DNA of 47,288 nt from positions 1 to 47,288 of the forward strand of contig JAHJEM010000070.1 in the NCBI GenBank assembly GCA_018825425.1. The letters run 5' to 3'. The translations under genes and the position numbers were made by a program. Source of the DNA: Nanobdellota archaeon. Its GTDB lineage: Archaea > Nanobdellota > Nanobdellia > Woesearchaeales > JAHJEM01. This document shows positions 9,343 to 20,063 of the stretch, in pieces. The notes beneath the pieces were generated by a model. The model worked only from the letters and a program-made list of their open reading frames with translations, ran no database searches and was not told the DNA's origin. The stretch's first letter is position 1; every line of letters starts with the position of its first letter.

Positions 9343-12136
9343 AAATTTGTTTTAGGAATTGACCTGTATAACTCTTCGTGTTTTTGATGAGTTCTTCTGG
9401 CGTTCCTGATCCTATGATTTGTCCTCCAGCATCTCCGCCTTCAGGCCCTAGATCAATGATATGATCTGCAGATTTGACTACATCAAGATTGTGCTCAATG
9501 ACCAGAACTGAGTTTCCTTTTGAGACCAAGTCATCAAGTACCTTTATTAATTTTTTGACGTCGTGAAAATGCAGGCCTGTTGTTGGTTCATCAAGCAGAT
9601 ACATGGTTTTGCCTGTGGCTTTTTTCGATAGTTCTCTTGTGAGCTTAATTCTCTGGGCTTCACCTCCTGAAAGGGTTGTTGAACTCTGGCCCAGTTTTAG
9701 ATAATCAAGACCGACTCTCTTTAAGGTCTCAATCTTATTTTTTATGCTTGGGATATTTATGAATAGTTCATACGCCTCCTCAACACTCATATCAAGAACA
9801 TCTGCAATGCTTTTATCTTTGTATTTCACTTCAAGAGTCTCAGCATTATACCTCTTGCCCTTGCATTCTTCACATTCTACATATACATCAGGCAAAAAAT
9901 TCATCTCAATCTTGATAAGGCCATCTCCTTGACAAGCTTCGCATCTGCCGCCTCTGACATTGAACGAGAAGCGTCCAGGCATATAGCCTCTAAGTTTAGC
10001 TTCCTTGGTTGAGGCAAATATTTTTCGAATCTCATCAAATGTTTTTGTATAAGTTGCAGGGTTACTCCTGGGAGTTCTTCCAATTGGCGTCTGGTCAATA
10101 ACAATGACTTTATCAATCTCAGAGTCAAATTCAATTCTATCATGCTTGCCAGGTCGGACTTTGGAATTGTAAAGCTTTTTTTGAAGTGCTTTGTAAAGAA
10201 TCTCATAAATTAATGTTGATTTTCCACTACCTGAAACACCGGTTATCAGAGTCAGGACGCCTAGAGGGATTTTCGCATCAATGTTTTTAAGATTATTATG
10301 TTTACAACCAAATATTGTTAGGAACTCTTTTGTGGTTCTACGTTTCTCAGGAAAATCAATAGTGCGTTTTCCAGATAGATATTGTCCAGTCAGACTTTTT
10401 GGATTACTTTGGATCTGTTTTGGTGTGCCTTCTGCAATAATCTTTCCACCATGAATCCCTGCGCCAGGACCCATATCAACAACATAATCTGCATTCTTAA
10501 TAGTATCTTCATCATGCTCGACTACAATTAATGTGTTTCCAAGGTCGCGCAGGTGGTGAAGTGTTTGTATAAGTTTATGATTATCTCTTTGGTGCAATCC
10601 TATTGAAGGTTCATCAAGAATATATAGAACACCCATAAGATTGGATCCAATCTGTGTTGCAAGCCGGATCCTTTGAGCTTCTCCACCTGAAAGAGACCCT
10701 GCAGAACGAGACAATGTGATATAGGATAATCCAACTTTGTCCAGGAATGAAAGTCGTTCATTGATCTCTTTTAGGACTTGTTTTGCAATCTCCTTCTTCT
10801 TTGGATCAAGCTTAAGATTCTTGAAGAATATTTTGGCGTCAGAGATAGGAAGATCAGTCACATCAATAATCGATTTATTGTTGATTTTTACTGCGAGCAC
10901 TTTGGGTTTCAATCTTTTTCCCTCACAGTCTGGGCATTTAGACACTCTCATGTGTTTCTCGAGTTCAGTCCTTCTGTAATCAGACGTTGTCTGATGATAA
11001 AGTCTGTCTGATTGAGGAATCAAACCTTCCCAAGTGCCCTTATGTGACCAATTGGCATCGCCATTTTTCATAACCATGTTAAACTTGATCCGTTCAGTAG
11101 AACCATACATCAATATGTCGTGCTGTTTCTTGGTCAAATCTTTAATTGGGGTGAGTACAGAAAATTGAAAATGTTTAGCAACAGCTGCCAAGTACTGTCC
11201 ACGCCAGCCATCGATTGCATTTCGATAGAGCGAGACTGCGCCGTCCGCAATAGCCTTGTTCTTATCTGGGATTATTAGATCTGGATCAAATTCCATCTTA
11301 ATTCCTAGGCCATGACAGGCCTCGCACGCACCAAATGGGCTGTTAAATGAGAACATCCTGGGTTGAAGCTCTTCAAAACTTGTGTCGCAATGTGGACATG
11401 TCATCTTAGACGAGAAAACCTTGTCTCCGCTTTTCTCTTGGTTGATAATAACTAATCCAGCACCCTTTGATATTGCGGTCTCGACAGATTCTGCAAGCCG
11501 AGTCTTATCAGATATATCAAGCCTGTCAACAACGATGTCTATATCATGCTTTTTGTATCGCTCCAACTTGACCTTATCAGTTGTCTTCTGGATTTTACCA
11601 TTGACACGCACTCTTGAGAAACCTTCCTTGTTTAGATCCTCTATTAATTTCTCATAGGTTCCTTTTTTTTGGCGAACAATAGGTGAGAGAATTGTGATTT
11701 GGCCTTTGAAAAAGTTTGATATACGTTCAGTTATCTTCTGAGACGATTGAGATTCAATTAGTATGTTGTGAGTCGGGCAGTAGGGTGTTCCAATCCTTGC
11801 AAAAAGCAATCTTAAGTAATCATAAACCTCTGTCACAGTCCCAACAGTACTTCTGGGATTCTTGCTCGTTGTTTTCTGCTCAATAGAAATTGCTGGTGAG
11901 AGACCATCAATACTATCCACATCTGGTTTGTTCATAAGCCCGAGGAACTGCCTAGCATATGCGGAGAGTGATTCTACATATCTTCTCTGGCCTTCGGCGT
12001 ATATTGTGTCAAATGCGAGAGTAGATTTGCCACTTCCTGAGAGGCCAGTTACAACAATAAACTTGTCTCTAGGAAGAGTTACATTGACATTTCTGAGATT
12101 GTGCTCTCTAGCGCCCTTTATCACAATATCTTTCAT
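9296..12136 (-). CDS. uvrA: Excinuclease ABC subunit A
   Basis: Two ABC ATPase modules ('[23 protein letters not shown]', '[11 protein letters not shown]'), LSGGE signatures, Cys4 zinc modules. Confidence 0.95.
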   Translation of the reverse strand: MKDIVIKGAREHNLRNVNVTLPRDKFIVVTGLSGSGKSTLAFDTIYAEGQRRYVESLSAYARQFLGLMNKPDVDSIDGLSPAISIEQKTTSKNPRSTVGTVTEVYDYLRLLFARIGTPYCPTHNILIESQSSQKITERISNFFKGQITILSPIVRQKKGTYEKLIEDLNKEGFSRVRVNGKIQKTTDKVKLERYKKHDIDIVVDRLDISDKTRLAESVETAISKGAGLVIINQEKSGDKVFSSKMTCPHCDTSFEELQPRMFSFNSPFGACEACHGLGIKMEFDPDLIIPDKNKAIADGAVSLYRNAIDGWRGQYLAAVAKHFQFSVLTPIKDLTKKQHDILMYGSTERIKFNMVMKNGDANWSHKGTWEGLIPQSDRLYHQTTSDYRRTELEKHMRVSKCPDCEGKRLKPKVLAVKINNKSIIDVTDLPISDAKIFFKNLKLDPKKKEIAKQVLKEINERLSFLDKVGLSYITLSRSAGSLSGGEAQRIRLATQIGSNLMGVLYILDEPSIGLHQRDNHKLIQTLHHLRDLGNTLIVVEHDEDTIKNADYVVDMGPGAGIHGGKIIAEGTPKQIQSNPKSLTGQYLSGKRTIDFPEKRRTTKEFLTIFGCKHNNLKNIDAKIPLGVLTLITGVSGSGKSTLIYEILYKALQKKLYNSKVRPGKHDRIEFDSEIDKVIVIDQTPIGRTPRSNPATYTKTFDEIRKIFASTKEAKLRGYMPGRFSFNVRGGRCEACQGDGLIKIEMNFLPDVYVECEECKGKRYNAETLEVKYKDKSIADVLDMSVEEAYELFINIPSIKNKIETLKRVGLDYLKLGQSSTTLSGGEAQRIKLTRELSKKATGKTMYLLDEPTTGLHFHDVKKLIKVLDDLVSKGNSVLVIEHNLDVVKSADHIIDLGPEGGDAGGQIIGSGTPEELIKNTKSYTGQFLKQIFENGRKEKTSQKITS

Positions 12137-12258
12137 ATTTAAAGGAAATTTTTCAAGGGTTTATATTGTTTACCCCAATATGTCCAGTGGTATTTTGGAT
12201 ATGTTCCTATGAGTTATAGACGATATCTTTTTAAACATAAGAATGGTGGTTATTATGT

Positions 12259-14151
12259 ATGGAAAAAAACGTAGGATTCCATGTGAGAATTACTTGGAAA
12301 GTGCTTATTGTTCTAATTGCAATTCTCTTGTTTTTATCAGGTGTAGCATATTTGTTTTGGCCATTTGACTATAGTCTTACAATTGCAAATACTAAAGGGG
12401 ATGAGATACTGACTAATGTTCTCATAACTGAATCTGATGGGGGCATTGTCTTTTCTGATTATACTAGCAGTTTAGATATTCGTTTGTGGAAAGGCAACTA
12501 TACAATCCATCTGGAAGCAGAGGGTTATGCAATCCAAGAGGAACTGCTTGTCAACAAGGTAGGATTCAAGCAGAATAAAGATTTGGTTGAAACAAGAACT
12601 CTGCAACCTGTCATGCTTCGTGTTTCATCATTTGCATTTACTGATCCCACAACCACACTGGAACTTTCCCCAATGTTGTATGCAAAAGGGATCAATATTC
12701 TTGGTGACACTGTAAATCAAGAGTTGGGTCCTGAACAAGAGTTGATGTATGGTAATTATATTATAACTGTTTATGATAAGAATTTTGCTCGTGATGCAGA
12801 GATTCATGGTGATAGAATTTTCTTATATGGTGAACCCCAGAATATGCTCTTGTTAGAGCCAAATGATAATTTCTTGCGGCTTGAACCTAAAGAAGTTGAA
12901 TATGTTTTCAATTATATCTCAGATTTTTTGGAATATTCAGAACATCTTGCTTCAGACGACCGTGGACTCCCAAAACAATTCTATATTTATTCTAAAGATC
13001 ATGTGATGTCGTTGGGAGACATGTTGTTTCTTGTCTGTTTAAAGGGAGCATATGTAGGGCCGGGTGCAGATTATCAATACTATATGCCAAAATGGAAAGA
13101 ATATACTCTGGGTGAACTTGCACACAATCATACTGATTGTTATGCCTCTGCCTTGAATGGTACCATTCCTGGTATGGTTGAAAATGGTGGTTCTGATGCG
13201 CAAGTATTTGAGTTATTAAAAGCGGCGGCAATCAGCAGTGTAAAACCTCTTGAACTTAATACCAAGAAACGCGGTCCTGACATCGCATTCACATTTGACA
13301 TTGAAGCAGGAAGATATGTCTGGGAAGATAATGGATTGAGTATTGGTCCTTGTGAGAGTGCTGATTATTCGCTTGGTTTAAAGGATGATGAGATAGTTTG
13401 TGATGATCCTGCATATGTTGCTTGGATGACTCCAACTACTGGCGAGACCACTTACACTCAATATCCATATCCACAAGTATCAAACCTTCTTGGATATGAG
13501 CAGATACTGGATTATTCGGAAAGATATGGCATACCGACGACAAATTACATAGTAAAAAAAGATCTTTTGGCAATTCAAAAACTTGATCAATCATTGATTG
13601 ATCGGACCAATGTGTTGATTGGAGATGGGTTGTTTGAAGTTGGATCCCATACAAGATATCATACTCATCTTGGTGTGGTTGAGCCAGCCATTGCCAGGGC
13701 CGAGATTCGTAAGTCAAAGGAATTCTTAGAAGAATACTTTGATACCTCTGTTTATGGGATTCGTGCTCCGTATCTCAGTAAAATAGGTGATGAAGATAAT
13801 CATGCAGATGAAGTCCAGAAAGCAGGATATGCCTATTATTCTAGTGTCGGGGAAAATTTCGGTAAGGTCCGAGGAAAAGGTCTTGTCCATAAGCCTTATT
13901 CTGGCGAACCATATCTTGCGTATGACAACCCAATAGATTTCCGTCACAAAGTGAATACATATAGCTACCTGATCACATTGGATCATCCGTGGAACCTGGT
14001 CTATGACGAGGTTGAGGAAGAGGAGTATAAGTTGCGGGAGAATCCTGGTTTGTTGGATAATCATCGTGCACTCATCTTGACTGCAATTTCCAATGGTGGT
14101 ATACTTGTTCTTGCAAAGGATCTGAGATTGTATAAGGGATTCACTTATTGA
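12259..14151 (+). CDS. Membrane-anchored polysaccharide deacetylase (CE4/NodB-like) with N-terminal carboxypeptidase-regulatory-like domain
   Basis: N-terminal TM. 'FTFDIEAG', 'GSHTRYHTHL' and 'RAPYL' resemble NodB motifs. A prealbumin-like region lies near the N-terminus. Confidence 0.65.
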   Translation: MEKNVGFHVRITWKVLIVLIAILLFLSGVAYLFWPFDYSLTIANTKGDEILTNVLITESDGGIVFSDYTSSLDIRLWKGNYTIHLEAEGYAIQEELLVNKVGFKQNKDLVETRTLQPVMLRVSSFAFTDPTTTLELSPMLYAKGINILGDTVNQELGPEQELMYGNYIITVYDKNFARDAEIHGDRIFLYGEPQNMLLLEPNDNFLRLEPKEVEYVFNYISDFLEYSEHLASDDRGLPKQFYIYSKDHVMSLGDMLFLVCLKGAYVGPGADYQYYMPKWKEYTLGELAHNHTDCYASALNGTIPGMVENGGSDAQVFELLKAAAISSVKPLELNTKKRGPDIAFTFDIEAGRYVWEDNGLSIGPCESADYSLGLKDDEIVCDDPAYVAWMTPTTGETTYTQYPYPQVSNLLGYEQILDYSERYGIPTTNYIVKKDLLAIQKLDQSLIDRTNVLIGDGLFEVGSHTRYHTHLGVVEPAIARAEIRKSKEFLEEYFDTSVYGIRAPYLSKIGDEDNHADEVQKAGYAYYSSVGENFGKVRGKGLVHKPYSGEPYLAYDNPIDFRHKVNTYSYLITLDHPWNLVYDEVEEEEYKLRENPGLLDNHRALILTAISNGGILVLAKDLRLYKGFTY

Positions 14152-14909
14152 GTTGATTTCTCATATGATTTTTCATTTGTAGTGGATCTTATGTTGTCAT
14201 AAACTGCTCTTACCAACCTTGGTCCAAGTTCAACCAAGGGTACTGATATTGCAAACCTTTGTGGCATGACAAAATAAACATGTCTCTTGTTGAAATTGCC
14301 ATCTCTTACTGAGTTTGCCACTGTCAAGTCTGATCCGCTTTTTAATCCGTGTTCATATGCTCTTCCGATGAGTTCATAATCATCAACATCTGCTAGGAGC
14401 TTGAATCCCACCTGGTACACATCTAGTTTCCATTCCTTTACTTTGCCTATGACCTTGGGCAGTTTCTCTAGCTCAATTGTCATCTTGTCCTGGCTTGAAC
14501 TGATCTTTCCTTTCTGGTGCCTTGCGCCATAATCTGATACTGCTGCTGCAAGAACCACCACGTCAATCGGCTCGCTTTTCAGCACGCGTTCTAGGGTGTC
14601 ATGATACTGTGCAAAGGTCTGGATCACGTATTCATGTAGACGGTTTGCATGGACAAGGTATCTGTTGGTTGCAGTATGCAACCGCATTATCTCATCTTCC
14701 AGGTTCTTGTTTGGATCCAAGGCGAGTTGGCTGCGAAATGGTCTTTTAGCATGCTTGCTATGAATATAATGAACACTTGCGCCAGATTCAAGGAAAGCTT
14801 CAGCAATTCTTGCACCTGTGCTTCCACCACTGAAGTTACCTATGTGTCTTATGTCGTCTATTTTTGTAATAGTTCCTCCGCTTGTGATCAAAACTTCTAG
14901 TGGTTTCAT
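14145..14909 (-). CDS. coaB: Phosphopantothenate--cysteine ligase (stand-alone CoaB domain)
   Basis: 'VLITSGGTITKIDDIRHIGNFSGGSTG' matches the DFP/CoaB signature. Lies next to coaC. Confidence 0.8.
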   Translation of the reverse strand: MKPLEVLITSGGTITKIDDIRHIGNFSGGSTGARIAEAFLESGASVHYIHSKHAKRPFRSQLALDPNKNLEDEIMRLHTATNRYLVHANRLHEYVIQTFAQYHDTLERVLKSEPIDVVVLAAAVSDYGARHQKGKISSSQDKMTIELEKLPKVIGKVKEWKLDVYQVGFKLLADVDDYELIGRAYEHGLKSGSDLTVANSVRDGNFNKRHVYFVMPQRFAISVPLVELGPRLVRAVYDNIRSTTNEKSYEKSTQ

Positions 14910-14921
14910 TTTTTCCTCGTT

Positions 14922-15548
14922 CTATATATCTAATTTTAACTGCTCAACCTCTTCTTCAGGATTATCCTGGGCTTTTGCGTATCTCAACATTGCATTTACA
15001 ATCGCAGTCAACCTTGGCATCTTGGCTTTTCCCTCACCAACGCGTGGTGGAATGATATTGATGCCATATTTTTCTGATTTCTCCAGGTTTTCTTGGAGCA
15101 TTGGATTCTGATACAGTGTTTCATGCATTGTTGGGGCAAGATACACAGGAACTCCTTTGCCGAGCGCACTTGCTATTAGTGTTGTTACGGGGTTATCTGC
15201 AATTCCTGAGAAAATCTTGTTGATGGTGTTTGTGGTTGCAGGTGCTACTAACACTATGTCTTCTAGGCAGATGTGCTCTGAATTTCCACTGAGCTCTGTC
15301 ACAACAGGATTACCGCTTCCCCATTGAAGACTTGCTTCACCTACAAACTTATGGGCCTCGTAAGTTGTGTATACATTGACATTCGCACCATATCTTCTAA
15401 GATGTCGTGCGATTTTTGGAACTTCTATTGCTGCAATTCCTCCTGTTACGCATAGACCAATTGAATAATCATCTAGTTGATGTCCGATTCTCTCGACCTG
15501 CAAATCCTCATTTTTTCTCTTTTCGAGTCTTTCATATTCTTGTGTCAT
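14922..15548 (-). CDS. coaC: Phosphopantothenoylcysteine decarboxylase (stand-alone CoaC flavoprotein)
   Basis: 'GLCVTGGIAAIEVPKIARHLRRYGANVNV' and 'APATTNTINKIFSGIADNPVTT' are flavoprotein motifs. Confidence 0.8.
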   Translation of the reverse strand: MTQEYERLEKRKNEDLQVERIGHQLDDYSIGLCVTGGIAAIEVPKIARHLRRYGANVNVYTTYEAHKFVGEASLQWGSGNPVVTELSGNSEHICLEDIVLVAPATTNTINKIFSGIADNPVTTLIASALGKGVPVYLAPTMHETLYQNPMLQENLEKSEKYGINIIPPRVGEGKAKMPRLTAIVNAMLRYAKAQDNPEEEVEQLKLDI

Positions 15549-15563
15549 TTTTTTCTCCCAGTT

Positions 15564-16430
15564 TTAATCTCCATTTGATAAGTCTAATTTTGGTAGTATC
15601 AGGTCTGCATTCCTGTAGTACACTTGACTTTTCTCATAATCTGAGAAATCTCGCATAGCAGTCTCTATGAAGTAAACAGAATCCTCATGAGTCTGTACTG
15701 GAAAATCAGTCCCGAACAAGAGCCTTGTAGGTCCGACTTCATGCAATACCTTTCGGATGTCCTCAACTGCTCTTGGTATGTCTGCCCTATCAAATTTTGA
15801 ATCAATCAATCCGCTCATGTCAGTGTACAGGTTTGGATTTCTTTTCATGACCTCAATTAAGTCATCGGTGAATGGTTTGCACAAGTGGCAAGCGATGATT
15901 GGTGTTTTTTCGTATCTTTGAGCCACGAATTCAAGATCTCTTGCCTTGACCATACCTGCAATTGCAGGTGTTCCATACTTTCTCATACTGGAGTATGAAT
16001 ATCCGCAATGGAATGCCATTGGCAGTTCATGTGTTTCTGCAATGTCTGCTACCTGTTGGAATTCCATTGATCTCAGGTCAATATGCTGATATCCGGTGTA
16101 AATCTTTACACCTTGGATGTTTCCTTCCTCAGCCAACTCATTTAACTCGTTCATACCCTGGTGGAGGTAATGTTCGAAGTCTAAGCTTCCGAAGATATGA
16201 AATGTGTCTGGGTGTGCTCTCCTATTTGTTTGCCTGACCCAATGAACCATCCTATAATTGGAAACACCTGATGCCTTGTGCGGAAAATAGGTTGCGAGGA
16301 GCACTGTTCGCTCCACATTGTGAATTTCCATCTGTTCTAGGATGTGATCAAGATCTGCGCTGGGCGGTAGTGTGTCTTTGACTTTTCTATTGGTCGTGTG
16401 GCAGTGAATGTCCATTTTTTTCATTTTCAT
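15564..16430 (-). CDS. Metal-dependent amidohydrolase (TIM-barrel, COG2159-like)
   Basis: 'DIHCHT' near the N-terminus and 'FGTDFP' near the C-terminus. The track ORF starts at TTG 16448; ATGs at 16430, 16424 and 16415 are more likely starts. Confidence 0.65.
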   Translation of the reverse strand: MKMKKMDIHCHTTNRKVKDTLPPSADLDHILEQMEIHNVERTVLLATYFPHKASGVSNYRMVHWVRQTNRRAHPDTFHIFGSLDFEHYLHQGMNELNELAEEGNIQGVKIYTGYQHIDLRSMEFQQVADIAETHELPMAFHCGYSYSSMRKYGTPAIAGMVKARDLEFVAQRYEKTPIIACHLCKPFTDDLIEVMKRNPNLYTDMSGLIDSKFDRADIPRAVEDIRKVLHEVGPTRLLFGTDFPVQTHEDSVYFIETAMRDFSDYEKSQVYYRNADLILPKLDLSNGD

Positions 16431-16470
16431 CACAATAATGGTTGCCAAAAGGAATCTTTATATTTACTCT

Positions 16471-16509
16471 ATAAATCTTTAAAGAACTATAAATTATAGA
16501 AAGATTTAT
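16471..16509. promoter_or_regulatory. Nested inverted repeats in a divergent promoter region
   Basis: ATAAATCTTT (16471-16480) and AAAGATTTAT (16500-16509) flank the palindrome CTATAA-A-TTATAG (16487-16499). A third AATCTTTA copy is at 16453-16460. TATA-like runs on both sides. Confidence 0.4.
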
Positions 16510-16528
16510 ATATGGGTTTGTCGTCTAA

Positions 16529-17437
16529 ATGATTGTGAGAGTAGTAGAAAGAAGTGTTCAGGAAATAGGAAAATCCCTTCTTATAACTCTACCTAAAGAA
16601 TGGGTTAATCTACTGGGTGTAAAAAAGGGCAACAAGCTTAAGATACTAATTTCTGAAAGAGGAACCCTTCAGGTCTCTCCTGAGTTCATTGATGGGGATG
16701 AACACACAACCGTGACTCTGCACTATGATCAACATTTCAAGAGACGATTCTTGAGAGATTATTTTAATGGCAATGAAAGAATTGTCATCAAATTCAAGAG
16801 ACCTTTGAGTGAGGTTGAACGAAAGGATCTCTATGTATTCCTGAAACGATTTATGAATGCTCAGATAATTGAAGAGACTCCGACCAAGAAGGTGGTTAAA
16901 TGCTTCAAGATAGATGAACTTTCAATAGACGAATGCCTGCGCAGGATGTTTTTCTTGTGTATGAATATATTTGATGAGGCTGTGGAAGGCAGGAGCCATG
17001 CCAAGATGCAGGAACTCCTTGATACCATGAGAAGATTCTATTATATGCTTGTCATGCAGGTGAGAAGGTTCTTATCTGAAGGAAAATATGTCAAGGAAAA
17101 CCAGATTCCACTTATTAGGGCACTGGATTTTCGGATGGTTGCAGAGAAAGTTGAGAGAATAGGTCACTTTGCTCAGGAATTAGGTATGTCAAAGCACCTC
17201 AATATCAAATATGTAAAGATTGCACGTGATTATTTCCAGAGATCGTTCAATTGTTTTATCAAACCAGATTATGATAAGGCAACTCCTTTGTGGCAAGAAG
17301 CATGGGTTATTCAGAAACAGATAGAAAAGAAGATAGACCAAGCACATAAATCAGGAAATATTGACAATTACCAGGAATTTAGTACTTTGCTCTGGATAAG
17401 TAGGACTTCAAAGGATATCAGCATGCTCATCAGATAA
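16529..17437 (+). CDS. phoU: PhoU-family regulator with N-terminal AbrB/SpoVT-like domain
   Basis: 'GKSLLITLPKEW' is an AbrB-type swapped hairpin. The helical PhoU-like remainder matches the typical archaeal architecture. Confidence 0.6.
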   Translation: MIVRVVERSVQEIGKSLLITLPKEWVNLLGVKKGNKLKILISERGTLQVSPEFIDGDEHTTVTLHYDQHFKRRFLRDYFNGNERIVIKFKRPLSEVERKDLYVFLKRFMNAQIIEETPTKKVVKCFKIDELSIDECLRRMFFLCMNIFDEAVEGRSHAKMQELLDTMRRFYYMLVMQVRRFLSEGKYVKENQIPLIRALDFRMVAEKVERIGHFAQELGMSKHLNIKYVKIARDYFQRSFNCFIKPDYDKATPLWQEAWVIQKQIEKKIDQAHKSGNIDNYQEFSTLLWISRTSKDISMLIR

Positions 17438-17520
17438 TAATCAGAGAGAATACAACAAAATTACATTAAATTTAAATATAACTTGATTGGAAATAATATA
17501 AGAAAGTGAGGTGGGCAAAA

Positions 17521-18393
17521 ATGAAGAAACTATTCTTGATTATTCTTTGTATACTCGTCACTCTATTATTTTTGACGGGCTGCGATAATAAGAAAAAGAT
17601 TGAAGACAAAGTTGATGAGATCACAGATGTCTTAGATGCTTGTCCTGATTGCGAGGAGTGTCCTTCGCCTGATGAATGTCCAACCTGTGATGACTGTATA
17701 TGCCAGGATTGTGCAGAATGCGAAGTATGTGGTGACACAGGTAACCTTATGGAACTTGAGTTTGAAGATGTAGAGTTGTTAGAATTGGATGACTCAGGAA
17801 GCAAAGAAAGCAGAAATTTCTATTACAATGGTGCAGAGTATGATACTCTAAACAATGCACATCTTGTTTTCAAACCACGATGTGATAATGATGTTGAAGC
17901 GATGAGAATTGAAGTAAATGACGATAAAGTCTTTGATGGTGAGATTAATTGTGGAGTCATCAATGATATAGACTTGGATATTGCATATGTTGATGCAGGA
18001 AGGAATTCATTGACATTGATCTCTTCTGGAGAATATATGGTAACAAACATTGTTTTGCATTCTGAATTTGATGGTCTTGATCCTCAAGAGGAAGTTGTTT
18101 TTGACGTACAATTCGAGATTGACGATGATGAGATTGAATTCAAATCATTATCAGACTTTACACTCAAGAATTATTACGAATATGAGATAAATCTGGATGA
18201 GGATGATATAGAGAAAGACTTGATATTGGCATTTGATGCACCAGATAACAATGACGGCGATGTACGTGTGTTGTTCAATGATGAAGAGATCTATTATGGT
18301 ATTGCAAAGAAAAGGAACAACAGGATTAGTATTCCAAAGGTAGACTTGAGCAAAGGAGAGAATTACCTTACCATAATTGGCATACCAAAATAG
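17521..18393 (+). CDS. Secreted lipoprotein-like, Cys-rich and highly acidic protein
   Basis: GAGGTG SD 7 nt before the ATG at 17521. Lipobox-like 'LFLTGC'. 'CPDCEECPSPDECPTCDDCICQDCAECEVCGD' Cys cluster. Asp/Glu-rich. Confidence 0.6.
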   Translation: MKKLFLIILCILVTLLFLTGCDNKKKIEDKVDEITDVLDACPDCEECPSPDECPTCDDCICQDCAECEVCGDTGNLMELEFEDVELLELDDSGSKESRNFYYNGAEYDTLNNAHLVFKPRCDNDVEAMRIEVNDDKVFDGEINCGVINDIDLDIAYVDAGRNSLTLISSGEYMVTNIVLHSEFDGLDPQEEVVFDVQFEIDDDEIEFKSLSDFTLKNYYEYEINLDEDDIEKDLILAFDAPDNNDGDVRVLFNDEEIYYGIAKKRNNRISIPKVDLSKGENYLTIIGIPK

Positions 18394-18404
18394 GATAAGT
18401 TAAT

Positions 18405-19379
18405 ATGATATCAAAGCCGCAAAAAAAGGAGAAGCATCATACCATAGAGTCTGCTCTGTCAAATGATCGCTCTGGAGGCTTTGTTATCCAGTTTCTCACA
18501 CCTCTGTACAACCTGATTGCGGCTCTGTCCAAAGGACGCCTCACTTTCAGTCCGAGTTTTTGGAGTATTGTATCAATTGCATGTATATTGACTCTTATCA
18601 TATTGAATAAGGTTGCTGCAGGATACCTATTGACCATGGCACTGGTCACCCTAGTTTTTGAATTCTTCTCTACAAACCCACAGATATTCAGGAAGAGTGG
18701 GGTGGACGATGATGATGAATATAAATATGCATTCTTGGCAGGTGCAAATGGAGAATCCTTGTTGCGAGTGGAAAATTTCTTGGAGGAATCCAAGCTGGAT
18801 TTTGATCAATTAAAGCAACTGCTCACATCTAAACATGGCAAGAGTCTTCAGATATACAAGAAGATTGCAGAGACTCAAGTGTTCACCGCAGATTTCATCG
18901 ACTACATGTTTGAGGCCAGGATGGACAAATATTTATCAGATGAGGCAATTAGTTTGCTTGTAGAAGCAAGCCAATCATGTATGAATGTGGAGACCTTTGA
19001 AAGACTCTATGGACGAGGATGCGTACGGCTTAGAGGTACTTTGGTTCTCAAGAATCCTGATCTAATCCAGAATAAGAATTGGTTTCAGAGATTCACTTTT
19101 CCTTGGCTTAAGATTGAATCTTGGTTCACATATTTCTTTGCAGAACCGAGCAAGAAATTCTTAGTATCCTTGCTGATTATGGGTGGGATTGTTTTCTTTA
19201 GCCGAGACTATATACTCAACCCCATAACTGAGTTACCAGAGTTGTCTTTGGTAGCAAGTTCAGCAGTTGGATACTTTGTGGGTACTTGGTTGTTTGGATT
19301 TATAATATTGGTCATCTACCTGAAAATGCGACGTTGGATCACAATCTATTGGTGGGGTGTAGTTTACAGAAGAAAATGA
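18405..19379 (+). CDS. Hypothetical membrane protein
   Basis: Long ORF with N- and C-terminal TM helices; no recognisable motif. Confidence 0.5.
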   Translation: MISKPQKKEKHHTIESALSNDRSGGFVIQFLTPLYNLIAALSKGRLTFSPSFWSIVSIACILTLIILNKVAAGYLLTMALVTLVFEFFSTNPQIFRKSGVDDDDEYKYAFLAGANGESLLRVENFLEESKLDFDQLKQLLTSKHGKSLQIYKKIAETQVFTADFIDYMFEARMDKYLSDEAISLLVEASQSCMNVETFERLYGRGCVRLRGTLVLKNPDLIQNKNWFQRFTFPWLKIESWFTYFFAEPSKKFLVSLLIMGGIVFFSRDYILNPITELPELSLVASSAVGYFVGTWLFGFIILVIYLKMRRWITIYWWGVVYRRK

Positions 19380-19392
19380 GTTAGAAATCGCT

Positions 19393-19977
19393 TCACTTCT
19401 TTTTCTTGATATTTAGTTTCTTATACGCTATGAATATAACCAATATTAGCTCAAGTAGGATGACAATAGGCCGTAGCCAACTCAAGAAGTCAGAGAAATA
19501 CAGCCCTGTTCCGATGAATAGGGTCATGAGTCCGCCAAAGAGGAAACCTGTTCCTACCCACTCGTTGAGAGGATTCTTACTTGCTGGGAGCCAAATACCG
19601 ATTGCCACAGCTACAAGTCCCAAGACTGCGGCGATCAGGAAGGTCCAAAACTTGAATTGACTCTGAGCTTGTTCGTACTCGTATTGGCAGATCTCACATT
19701 TCCATGCGATTGGGCATCCATCAAAATCAGTTTCCCATTGGATATCACCATGTATTTCTTTGCATGCATCTTTATCTTCCTGAAGAGTTTCAGATATGTC
19801 TGGGCATGAAAAATTCCTTTCAGCATTATACACATACGGTTTGACAGGCCGTTCATTAGTATCGCAAAAATCATCCCAGTCAGGATTCGGATTCACAGCC
19901 TCATTCAAAGAGAACACGAATACTGTGAATAATACTGTGATGATCAATACAGCCATGATACGTCGAAAGTCAGCCAT
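19393..19977 (-). CDS. Hypothetical membrane protein with Cys-rich extracytoplasmic domain
   Basis: N-terminal TM, 8 Cys in the middle part, three C-terminal TM helices, KKKK tail. Confidence 0.5.
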   Translation of the reverse strand: MADFRRIMAVLIITVLFTVFVFSLNEAVNPNPDWDDFCDTNERPVKPYVYNAERNFSCPDISETLQEDKDACKEIHGDIQWETDFDGCPIAWKCEICQYEYEQAQSQFKFWTFLIAAVLGLVAVAIGIWLPASKNPLNEWVGTGFLFGGLMTLFIGTGLYFSDFLSWLRPIVILLELILVIFIAYKKLNIKKKK

Positions 19978-20063
19978 ATAAATGCTTAAGACAGATGAAA
20001 TATATAAACTTTATTGAATATTAAACAAAAATCTTTATAAATGCATCAAACTGAAGTAGAAAC

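Noticed and set aside
5802-12212. Plus-strand ORFs inside uvrB/uvrC/uvrA (e.g. 5802-6353, 7530-7973, 11862-12212)
   Set aside because: These are antisense shadow ORFs of strongly supported genes, with low-complexity Ser/Leu/Phe-rich translations.
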